Source: Nocardioidaceae bacterium (lineage in GTDB: Bacteria > Actinomycetota > Actinomycetes > Propionibacteriales > Nocardioidaceae). Taken from it: 55,219 nt of DNA. Both the position numbers and the translations under genes were made by a program. Each line of letters starts with the position of its first letter. Within the stretch, counting starts at the first letter, position 1. The notes below the pieces were generated by a model. It saw only the letters and a list, made by a program, of their open reading frames with translations, did not search any database and had not been told where the DNA came from. Location: assembly GCA_035477015.1 (NCBI GenBank), contig DATILB010000372.1, positions 1 through 55,219 on the forward strand. Direction: 5' to 3'. Below, piece after piece: positions 47,867-55,219 of this stretch.

Positions 47867-48648
47867 TGACGAAGACTCCTGACCTCCGACCTGGCGCCGA
47901 CGACCACGAGCTCGCTGCCTGGCTGGCGACCGTTGCCGGGCAGACGTTGCTCGAGGTGCGGGAGCAGGGGCTGGAGGGCAAGGCGCTCAAGGACGCCGGC
48001 GACCTGGCGTCGCACGAGCTGCTGATGGAGCTCCTGGCCGAGCATCGTCCCGACGACGCGGTCCTCTCCGAGGAGGGCAAGGACGACAAGATCCGGCTCA
48101 CCTCCTCGCGGGTGTGGATCATCGACCCGCTCGACGGCACGCGTGAGTTCTCGGAGCCGCCGCGTGACGACTGGGCCGTCCACGTCGCGCTCTGGCAGGA
48201 CGGTGCGCTGGTCGCCGGAGCGGTTGCTCAGCCCGGGCTCGACCAGACCTTCCACACCGGCAACCCGCCGGTCGTGCCCCCGCGCACCTCGGCCCGCCCC
48301 CGGATCGCCGTGTCGCGGACGCGTCCGCCGGCCTTCGTTGAGGCGCTTGCCCAGGAGATCGACGCCGAGCTGGTCCCGATGGGATCCGCCGGGGCGAAGG
48401 TCATCTCGGTTGCGCGCGACATCACCGACGCCTACGTGCACGCCGGTGGTCAGTACGAGTGGGACTCCGCGGCTCCGGTGGTCGTCGCCGCTGCCGCCGG
48501 TCTGTTCACCAGTCGCGCCGACGGTGCCGAGCTGAAGTACAACCAGGAGGACGTGCTGCTGCCCGACCTGCTGGTGTGCCGCCCCGAGCTGGCCGAGCAG
48601 ATCACGTCGTTCGTTCAGCGCTACTGGGCCGAGAACCCGCCCAGCTGA
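47866..48648 (+). CDS. cysQ: 3'(2'),5'-bisphosphate nucleotidase (PAP phosphatase), inositol-monophosphatase superfamily
   Basis: …VLSEEG…, WIIDPLDGTREF (CysQ-type), and …WDSAAPVVVAAAAG…. Confidence 0.8.
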   Translation: MTKTPDLRPGADDHELAAWLATVAGQTLLEVREQGLEGKALKDAGDLASHELLMELLAEHRPDDAVLSEEGKDDKIRLTSSRVWIIDPLDGTREFSEPPRDDWAVHVALWQDGALVAGAVAQPGLDQTFHTGNPPVVPPRTSARPRIAVSRTRPPAFVEALAQEIDAELVPMGSAGAKVISVARDITDAYVHAGGQYEWDSAAPVVVAAAAGLFTSRADGAELKYNQEDVLLPDLLVCRPELAEQITSFVQRYWAENPPS

Positions 48649-48655
48649 GGAACCG

Positions 48656-49975
48656 GTGTCAGCCCGGGCGCGTCGAATGGGCATGCTGCCTCGACGCGAC
48701 CTGCTGCGCCTGATGGGCGTGACGCCCCTCGCGGTACCCCTGTTGTCCGCGTGTGGTGCCTCGGAGTCTCCCGGGGGCGGCAAGACGTCCCTCCAGCTCG
48801 TGAAGTCCGACGTCGCGCGCTCGGCGGGAGATCCTGGTGCCGCGTCGGCGGCAGCGGCTTCGATCGCTGCGCTCGCGGGCAGCCTGTACGGCGAGCTGGG
48901 CGCCAAGCCCGGCAACGTCGTCTACTCCCCGTACTCAATCTCTGTGGCGCTCGCCATGACGATGAACGGTGCCGTCGGCAAGACGGCTGCGGAGATGAGT
49001 CGAGTGCTCGTGGTGGAGGATCTCGAGGCCTTCAACGGTGGCCTCAATGCCTTGACCCAACAGCTCGAGTCACTGGCCGGGAAACTGAACCGGTACGAGG
49101 GCGACAAGGCGGAGATCCTCCTCGACACGGCGAACTCCCTGTGGGGACAGGCAGGTGTCAGCTGGGAGCGACCGTTCCTGGACACCCTCGCTCGCGACTT
49201 CGGGACCGGGATGCGCACCGTCGACTACGCCCAAGCAGCAGAGGACGCCCGTCGGCTCATCAACGAGTGGACCGCCGAGCAGACCCACGACAAGATCCCC
49301 GAGATCCTGCCGCCGGGCATCCTCGATGCACTGACCAGGCTGGTGCTGGTCAACGCGATCTATCTCAAGGCGCCCTGGCAGGCGCCGTTCGAGAAGGGAC
49401 TCACGGAGGATGGGCCTTTCCACCTGCGCGGTGGAAGCGTCGTTGACGTACCGATGATGGCCGGGGCCGAGGCGAGCTTCGCGTGGAAGCAGGGCGACGA
49501 CTGGGAAGCGATCCAGATTCCGTACGCCGGTAGTGAGCTCGCGATGACGGTGGTGCTCCCCGACGACATCACCTCGGTCGGCGGTGATCTCTCGGCACTC
49601 ATCGACTGGACCCCCACCGAGTCGGTGGGGCTTCGGTTGCCAAAGTGGAAGTTCCGGCTTCAGTCGCGGCTGAACAAAGCCTTGGACAGGTTGGGCATGC
49701 CCACCGCGTTCACCGACGCGGCGGACTTCAGTGGGATGGCGCCCGAAGGCAGCGAGTGGTTCATCAGTGCGGTCTTGCACGAGGCCTTCATCGCCGTGGA
49801 CGAGGAAGGCACGGAAGCCGCGGCGGCGACAGCCGTCGTCATCAGCGACAGCGCAGCTCACATCGAGCCCCGCGTCGTCAGGGTCGACCGGCCCTTTGTC
49901 TTCGTCATCCACGACCTCGAGCACAACACGCCGCTGTTCGTCGGTCGGGTCGACGACCCGTCACAGGAGAGCTAG
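48656..49975 (+). CDS. Serpin-family protease inhibitor, predicted lipoprotein
   Basis: …RRDLLRLMGVTPLAVPLLSACG (Tat-like signal plus lipobox LSAC). YSPYSISVALAMTMNGA. Hinge/RCL VDEEGTEAAAATAVV. C-terminal DRPFVFVIHD…PLFVGRV. GTG 48656 follows GAGGAA, 7 nt after cysQ. Confidence 0.85.
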   Translation: MSARARRMGMLPRRDLLRLMGVTPLAVPLLSACGASESPGGGKTSLQLVKSDVARSAGDPGAASAAAASIAALAGSLYGELGAKPGNVVYSPYSISVALAMTMNGAVGKTAAEMSRVLVVEDLEAFNGGLNALTQQLESLAGKLNRYEGDKAEILLDTANSLWGQAGVSWERPFLDTLARDFGTGMRTVDYAQAAEDARRLINEWTAEQTHDKIPEILPPGILDALTRLVLVNAIYLKAPWQAPFEKGLTEDGPFHLRGGSVVDVPMMAGAEASFAWKQGDDWEAIQIPYAGSELAMTVVLPDDITSVGGDLSALIDWTPTESVGLRLPKWKFRLQSRLNKALDRLGMPTAFTDAADFSGMAPEGSEWFISAVLHEAFIAVDEEGTEAAAATAVVISDSAAHIEPRVVRVDRPFVFVIHDLEHNTPLFVGRVDDPSQES

Positions 49976-50469
49976 CACCGGTACTGCATCCTCGACGTGC
50001 GCGTTGTGCCCGAGCCCCGGCATCGTGACGTGCTCGGGGACCAGCGCATCGAGCTGCGCATCGGTCACGAACGGGTCCAGCTCGCCGCGCGCGAGCACGA
50101 CCGAGCATTTCGCGGCATCGAGGAGCGCCTTCATGTCCGGCACCCCGACTCCGAAGGTCGCGGGATCCTGCGCGAGCATCCAACCACGCCCACGACCTTG
50201 GTGACGAGATCCGGCTTGAGCGCGGCGAGGGCGAGCGCGATCACGCCACCCATCGAGTGACCGATGACAACGGTCGGCTTGGTCAGCAGCGGGGCGACCG
50301 CGAGGGCGTGCTTCTCGAAGGTGTACGGCGGATCCCAGGCGGAGCTGCCGTGTCCGGGGAGGTCAGGCGCCAGACCGGCGTACCCGCGCCAGACGTCACC
50401 GGTCGCCCCCATGCCGTGCAGCAGCAGCATCAGTCGTCCTCTGGGACGGCACCGTCGCGGTCCGCCCAC
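49961..50469 (-). pseudogene. Alpha/beta-fold hydrolase split by a frameshift near 50175-50185
   Basis: The N-terminal part is in one frame (50131..50469: LLLHGMGATGDVW…LPGHGSS…VIGHSMGGVIALALA). The C-terminal part is in another (49961..50179: …ARGELDPFVTDAQLDALVPEHVTMPGLGHNAHVEDA). The two overlap around …VVGVV/GW-MLAQ…. Confidence 0.55.
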
Positions 50470-51374
50470 TCGAGCAGGGGCGCGATGTCGAACACGGCCT
50501 CGTCGATCCCGTCATGCAGGTCACCCAGCTCGGCGAAGCGCGCAGGCATGGTTTCGATCGTGAAGTCCTGCGGGTAGGCGTCGTCGACCTCGTCCCAGCG
50601 GATCGGCGCGGAGACGCGGGCGTCGGGCACGCCACGCACGGAGTACGCCGCCGCGATCGTGTGGTCGCGGGCGTTCTGGTTGTAGTCGATGAAGAGGGCG
50701 TACGGATCCCGGTCCTTGCGCCACCACGTCGTCGTGACCTCGTCCGGGCAGCGACGCTCGACCTCCTTCGCGAAGGCGAGCGCTGCGCGACGTACATCCT
50801 GGAAGCCGTGCTCCGGCTTGATCCGGACGTAGATGTGCATGCCCTTGCCGCCGGTCGTCTTCGGCCAGCCCGTCGCGCCGAGCTCGTCGAGCACCTCGTG
50901 TGCGATGTGCGCGACGCGCTGCACCCGCTCCCACGGGCATAGCGGCATCGGGTCGAGGTCGATCCGCCACTCGTCGGGCACCTCGGTGTCCGCGCGGCGG
51001 CTGTTCCACGGGTGGAACTCCACCGTGCTCATCTGCACCGCCCAGATCACGCTGGCCAGCTCGGTGACGCAGAGCTCGTCGGCGTTGCGGTTGTAGCGCG
51101 GAAAGTGCACGCGCACGGTCTCGAGCCAGGGCGGGGCACCGGAGGGCACGCGCTTCTGGTGCACCTTGTCACCGGACAGTCCCTCGGGGAAGCGGTGCAT
51201 CATGCAGGGCCGCTCGAAGAGGCCACGCACGATGCCGTCGCCGACCGAGAGGTAGTACTCGACCAGGTCGAGCTTTGTCGCTCCGGTCTCCGGGAAGTAG
51301 ACGCGGTCGGGGTTGGTCACCCGTACGACCTTGTCGTCCACCTCGATCTCGACGGCAGGGGACTTGGTCGCCAT
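50430..51374 (-). CDS. Stand-alone LigD-type NHEJ polymerase/primase domain protein
   Basis: …VRVTNPDRVYFPETGATKLDLVEYY…KTTGGKGMHIYVRI…DYNQNARDHTIAAAYSVR… ATG 51374 (MATKSP…) removes an Arg-rich 116-aa extension. Confidence 0.85.
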   Translation of the reverse strand: MATKSPAVEIEVDDKVVRVTNPDRVYFPETGATKLDLVEYYLSVGDGIVRGLFERPCMMHRFPEGLSGDKVHQKRVPSGAPPWLETVRVHFPRYNRNADELCVTELASVIWAVQMSTVEFHPWNSRRADTEVPDEWRIDLDPMPLCPWERVQRVAHIAHEVLDELGATGWPKTTGGKGMHIYVRIKPEHGFQDVRRAALAFAKEVERRCPDEVTTTWWRKDRDPYALFIDYNQNARDHTIAAAYSVRGVPDARVSAPIRWDEVDDAYPQDFTIETMPARFAELGDLHDGIDEAVFDIAPLLEWADRDGAVPEDD

Positions 51375-51391
51375 GGTGGCGAGCCTACGGG

Positions 51392-52207
51392 TCAGAGGGC
51401 GACGCGGTACACGACACTGCCGGAGCCTTCGGTGCCCCGGTAGAAGTGCGCACCGTCGCGTGCGTACTCCAGGGACTCGCCCAAGATCGAGCGGTCGTCG
51501 TAGCGCAGCTCGAACTGCCGCACGAACGTCAGGTCGGTGCGGTAGATGACAGCGCGTGTGTACGACGACACGGCGATCCGTTGGCCACCTGGGGAGAAGC
51601 TCCCAGCCGTGACGAGGGCCGGCGCATCGCCGCGGGCGGTCAGGACGTTGACGTGGTCCGGGCTCAGCTGACGCGGGGCGCGGTAGAAGGTCCCCGCGTC
51701 CGAGGCCTTGCTCGCGATCCACAGCCGGCCCGTCTCGGGGTTCACCATCAGGGCCTCGGCGTCGTGGGGACCGTCGGGGTAGGCGAAGTCGAACCGGCGA
51801 CAGCTCACCGTTCCGGTTCTCGGCTCCTGCGGCTCCTGGAGGCGGTACACCTGGATCGTCGTACGAGCCAATGCGTTGTCACCGATGTCGCCGACCCAGA
51901 GCGTGTGGTCCGGGCCGGTCGAGATGTCCTCCCAGTCCGAGGCGTTCGCGCAACGGAGCTCGAGCGTGGCCCTGGTCTGGCCGTTCGGCCGGATCGCGAA
52001 GATCCGAGCGGTGTCGCCGCTGTCGTTGTGGGTCCAGATCAACGGCCGTGCATAGGTGCTCCTGGCCAGGCCACTGGACTCGGTGATCGCAGGGTCGGAG
52101 AGCACCCGGTCGACCACTGCGTCGCCGGTCGCCCGAGCCACTGCCTCTGGCGCGTACAGACCGGCCACCAACAGGAGCGCGAGCAGCGCGGGCGTTCGTC
52201 GCATCAT
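51392..52207 (-). CDS. Secreted hypothetical protein (beta-propeller-like by composition)
   Basis: Signal MMRRTPALLALLLVAGLYAPEAVA. …ESSGLA…WTHNDSGD…DWEDIS…LWVGDIGDN… No firm family assignment. Confidence 0.6.
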   Translation of the reverse strand: MMRRTPALLALLLVAGLYAPEAVARATGDAVVDRVLSDPAITESSGLARSTYARPLIWTHNDSGDTARIFAIRPNGQTRATLELRCANASDWEDISTGPDHTLWVGDIGDNALARTTIQVYRLQEPQEPRTGTVSCRRFDFAYPDGPHDAEALMVNPETGRLWIASKASDAGTFYRAPRQLSPDHVNVLTARGDAPALVTAGSFSPGGQRIAVSSYTRAVIYRTDLTFVRQFELRYDDRSILGESLEYARDGAHFYRGTEGSGSVVYRVAL

Positions 52208-52237
52208 CGCTCGATGGTCACATACTGAAACGTGTTC

Positions 52238-52243
52238 TAGTAT
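52238..52243 (+). promoter_or_regulatory. Candidate -10 hexamer for the DUF35/thiolase-like operon
   Basis: TAGTAT (TANNNT) in an AT-rich patch 33 nt upstream of GTG 52276, with AGGAGG in between. Confidence 0.35.
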
Positions 52244-52275
52244 TGCCCTGTCTCGTCCAGTGGCCAGGAGGTTCG

Positions 52276-52683
52276 GTGCTCCCTGCGATCGAGGGCTGGT
52301 TCACCACCGGCCCCGCGCCTGCTCTCGTCGGTTCGCGGTGCTCGGACTGCGAGCACGTCTCCTTTCCCAAGGAGACGGACTTCTGCAAGAACCCCGCCTG
52401 CTCCGGCGACACGTTCGAGGACGTCGAGCTCAGTCGACGTGGCCGCGTGTGGTCGTACACCGACGCCCAGTACCAGCCGCCGCCGCCGTACATCCCGCGC
52501 ACCGACCCCTACGAGCCGTTCGCGCTCGCTGCAGTCGAGCTGCCCGAGGGACTGGTGGTGATAGGTCAGGTCGCGGATGGGTACGGCGTTGCCGACCTGC
52601 ACGTGGGTGCTGAGGTCGAGCTCGTCGTCGAGCCGCTGACCGAGGACACCGTCATCTGGCGCTGGAAGCCCGTGGCGGCATGA
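52276..52683 (+). CDS. Zn-ribbon/OB-fold protein (DUF35 family)
   Basis: Zn ribbon CSDCEHVSFP…CKNPAC and an OB-fold …VWSYTDA…ALAAVELPEGLVVIGQV… GTG 52276 follows AGGAGG. Confidence 0.8.
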   Translation: MLPAIEGWFTTGPAPALVGSRCSDCEHVSFPKETDFCKNPACSGDTFEDVELSRRGRVWSYTDAQYQPPPPYIPRTDPYEPFALAAVELPEGLVVIGQVADGYGVADLHVGAEVELVVEPLTEDTVIWRWKPVAA

Positions 52684-53855
52684 GCGGCGTCGCGATCGCC
52701 GGAGTCGGCATGCACCCCTGGGGCAAGTGGGGGCGCCCCTTCGTCCAGTACGGCGTCCACGCGGCTCGCGAGGCGCTCGCTGACGCGGGTATCGAGTGGA
52801 AGGACGTCGACCTCGTCGTCGGCGGCGAGACCGTCCGCAACGGGTACGGCGGCTACGTCGCGGGCGCGACCTTCGCGCAGGCTCTCGGCTGGAACGGCGC
52901 ACGCGTCGCCACGTCGTACGCCGCCTGCGCCACTGGTGCACAAGCCCTCGACACCGCTCGGGCCCGGATCATGGCCGGTATGTCCGATGTCGCGCTGGTG
53001 GTCGGAGCTGACACGACCCCCAAGGGCTTCCTGGCCCCCAACGCGGGAGAGCGTTGGGACGACCCCGACTGGTTGCGCTTCCGGCTGCTCGGCATGACCA
53101 ACCCGGCGTACTTCGCGCTCTACGCGCGTCGCCGCATCGACCTGTACGGCGCCACGTCCGAGGACTTCGCTGCCGTGAAGGTGAAGAACGCGAAGCACGG
53201 TCTGGCGAACCCGAACGCTCGCTACCGCAAGGAGGTCGCCGCCGAGGAGGTCCTCTCCAGCGCCGTGGTGGCCGACCCGCTGCACCTGCTCGACATCTGT
53301 GCCACGTCGGACGGCGGTGCTGCAGTGCTCCTGGTGAGCGACCGCTACGCGAAGCAGGACTCGGTCCGGATCAAGGCGATCTCCACCGTCACGCCGACCT
53401 TCCCGCAGACCGTGCTCGACATGCCCTACTTCTCGACCGAGTCCGCTTCCGTCGTACCCGCGGGGGAGCGGACGTTCAAGGAGTCGCTCGCCGACGCGGC
53501 GTACGAAGAGGCGGGCATCGCCCCCGAGGACGTCGACGTGGCTGAGGTGTACGACCTCTCCACCGCCCTCGAGCTCGACTGGATCGAGGACATCGGGCTC
53601 TGCAAACGAGGCGAGGCCGAGCAGCTGCTGCGCGCCGGCGACACCACCATCGGCGGTCGTATCCCGGTCAATCCCAGCGGTGGCCTTGCCTGCTTCGGTG
53701 AGGCCGTGCCGGCGCAGGCGCTGGCCCAGGTCTGCGAGCTCACCTGGCAGCTCCGCGGTCAGGCGACCGGCCGACAGGTCGAGGGCGCCCGCATCGGCAT
53801 CACCGCCAACCAAGGGTTGTTTGGTCACGGCTCGGCCGTCATCGTGGGCCGATGA
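52680..53855 (+). CDS. Thiolase-like / SCP-x-type lipid-transfer protein (usual DUF35 partner)
   Basis: …IAGVGMHPWGKW…YAACATGAQAL (active-site Cys)…NPSGGLACFGEA… ATGA overlap with the DUF35 gene. Confidence 0.85.
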   Translation: MSGVAIAGVGMHPWGKWGRPFVQYGVHAAREALADAGIEWKDVDLVVGGETVRNGYGGYVAGATFAQALGWNGARVATSYAACATGAQALDTARARIMAGMSDVALVVGADTTPKGFLAPNAGERWDDPDWLRFRLLGMTNPAYFALYARRRIDLYGATSEDFAAVKVKNAKHGLANPNARYRKEVAAEEVLSSAVVADPLHLLDICATSDGGAAVLLVSDRYAKQDSVRIKAISTVTPTFPQTVLDMPYFSTESASVVPAGERTFKESLADAAYEEAGIAPEDVDVAEVYDLSTALELDWIEDIGLCKRGEAEQLLRAGDTTIGGRIPVNPSGGLACFGEAVPAQALAQVCELTWQLRGQATGRQVEGARIGITANQGLFGHGSAVIVGR

Positions 53856-54499
53856 GCGAGCAGCTCGTCTACGCGTTATGGGGTCCAGGTGACCTGTTGG
53901 GCGAGGAGTTCCGTGACCGGCTCGCCTGCGAGTGGGTGCAGGTCAACATCGACGACGCCCAGGTCGCCGCGGCCCAGCTTCGGCTGACCGCGTTCGACGA
54001 ACCGGTCGACGCCTTCGTGATGCTCCCCCCGGACGCGCACGCTGACGCCGTACTCCGTGACTTCTCCGAGGAGTACGCCGGCTGGCGCGTCGACACCGAG
54101 GAGCCGATCGAGCCGCCCGAGTACGCCGACGGCGAGCGCGCAGATGCGCTGGCCAACATCGCCGTGCTGCGCCGACCTGAAGAGTTGCCCTACGACGACT
54201 GGCTGTACCTCTGGAAGGACGAGCACACCCCGGTCGGGATCGCCGACCAGGGGAACTTCGGCTATGTGCAGCACCGCGTGCTCGAGCAGCTCACGCCCGA
54301 CGCCCCGGAGATCTCCGCGATCGTCGAGGAGCTGTTCCCGATGGCCGCGATGACCGACCTGCACGCGTTCTACGGCACGGATGGTGACGACGCGCTGCTG
54401 CACGAGCGGATCACCCGCATGCTCGCGTCGGTCGCGAAGTTCGGGGCGGATCGAGACATCGACCTGGTGCCGACCAGCCGCTACCGCTGGATGGGTTGA
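53852..54499 (+). CDS. Hypothetical protein
   Basis: 215-aa ORF, ATGA-coupled to the thiolase-like gene, with normal high-GC codon bias. No motif recognised. Confidence 0.6.
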   Translation: MSEQLVYALWGPGDLLGEEFRDRLACEWVQVNIDDAQVAAAQLRLTAFDEPVDAFVMLPPDAHADAVLRDFSEEYAGWRVDTEEPIEPPEYADGERADALANIAVLRRPEELPYDDWLYLWKDEHTPVGIADQGNFGYVQHRVLEQLTPDAPEISAIVEELFPMAAMTDLHAFYGTDGDDALLHERITRMLASVAKFGADRDIDLVPTSRYRWMG

Positions 54500-54506
54500 A
54501 CGACGA

Positions 54507-54980
54507 CTAGTCGAGCGGGGTGCAGACAGGACCCATCCGAGTCTTCGCCGTGTAGCGAGCAGTGCGGTCTTGCTGCCGGATGACGACCTCTGCCGCGAAC
54601 TGAGCACAGTCCTCCGTCTCGGCGATCAAGAAGGGGTCAGGCGCATCGTCCCTCTTCACCGTGAGGGTCTCGCGATAGAAGGCGGTCTCATAGCTCACCG
54701 TGTAGTGGTCGAACCTCCAGCCCTTCGGCAACTCGTAGCCCACGATGACGCAGGGGCGGAGGGTCTCGTCGAAGAAGCGGGCCAGGTGTGCGTCAAGCTC
54801 CGGTGTCTTTGGGTCGGTGCGCTTGAACCTCACAACAACCAACTGGTCGCGGAAGGAGGCCTCACCGCACCCGAGCAACGCTTCGGGCTGAGGCGTCTCG
54901 GGCTCAGCGTCCTCGCTGCAGCCGATGACGACGAGCGCCAGGATTAACGCGCAGCCGACGCGTGCCAACGATCGCATCAA
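54507..54980 (-). CDS. Hypothetical lipoprotein
   Basis: MMRSLARVGCALILALVVIGCSED (lipobox VIGC). Confidence 0.6.
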   Translation of the reverse strand: MMRSLARVGCALILALVVIGCSEDAEPETPQPEALLGCGEASFRDQLVVVRFKRTDPKTPELDAHLARFFDETLRPCVIVGYELPKGWRFDHYTVSYETAFYRETLTVKRDDAPDPFLIAETEDCAQFAAEVVIRQQDRTARYTAKTRMGPVCTPLD

Positions 54981-55031
54981 GGTCCCCCTGAGTGATGGTG
55001 CAGGAAGTCAACCACAGGCCACACTGGCGCC

Positions 55032-55219
55032 ATGCCCATCGACCGGACCTTGCTGCCCGACACGAACCCGTTCGACCTGATGGACCGCGAGAGCGCACGG
55101 ATCGAGGACTTCCTCGCGCCACTCGTCAAGGCCGGCGACGATGACTCGGGCTGGCATGCGCCGACGCGCTGCTCAGAGTGGAACGCGCGTGCCCTGTTCG
55201 GGCACCTTCGGCACCTCGA
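55032..55219 (+). CDS. 5' end of a DinB/maleylpyruvate-isomerase-family (mycothiol-dependent-like) protein, running off the right edge
   Basis: ATG 55032. MPIDRTLLPDTNPFDLMDRESARIEDFLAPL…WHAPTRCSEWNARALFGHLRHL resembles the N-terminal DinB_2/MDMPI helix bundle. Partial. Confidence 0.5.
   Translation, partial: MPIDRTLLPDTNPFDLMDRESARIEDFLAPLVKAGDDDSGWHAPTRCSEWNARALFGHLRHL

Overview
High-GC actinobacterial chromosomal window; GC was judged by eye, not computed. No rRNA, CRISPR array, transposase or integrase was seen.

(1) nt 1-22,080 is core housekeeping. It carries the conserved Actinomycetota neighbourhood pmt / rsmI-tatD-rpfB-rsmA(ksgA)-ispE-ABC-F ... tRNA-Gln-glmU-prs-rplY-pth. Small regulators (MarR, TetR), a desaturase, an ALDH/SDR pair and a flavin monooxygenase are interspersed.

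(2) nt 22,082-35,247 is a Wzx/Wzy-type surface-glycan locus:
- a WbaP-like initiating transferase, an Alg14/Alg13-like split glycosyltransferase and a GT2
- a Wzy-like polymerase, a Wzz/PCP co-polymerase with a degenerate kinase domain, and a Wzx flippase
- two acetyltransferases and an APH-like kinase
- three PAPS-type sulfotransferase domains, one of them fused to the Alg13-like protein

(3) nt 35,465-44,637 encodes three paralogous large secreted multi-lectin proteins. They share a beta-propeller and combine it with PKD, LamG and FN3 domains, a recurring ~160-aa beta-sandwich-like module, and in one case an N-terminal fibrinogen-like YCDxxxxGGGW domain.

(4) nt 44,624-49,975 holds a LamG-like lipoprotein, two secreted GH-A/GH26-like hydrolases, cysQ (PAP phosphatase) and a lipoprotein serpin.

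(5) The right end holds a frameshifted alpha/beta hydrolase, a stand-alone LigD polymerase domain, a DUF35/thiolase-like pair and small lipoprotein or hypothetical genes.

The most interesting signals:
- The predicted sulfated, acetylated glycan pathway sits next to the lectin, hydrolase and PAP-phosphatase genes.
- An AT-rich, partly palindromic ~26-nt element (about GAAWCCCCTT-N6-AAGGGGWTTC) recurs in almost every intergenic gap of the 22-48 kb block.
- The tRNA-Gln-like gene is atypical and has a duplicated 5' module.

All functional calls come from reading the translated ORFs for family motifs. No database search was run.
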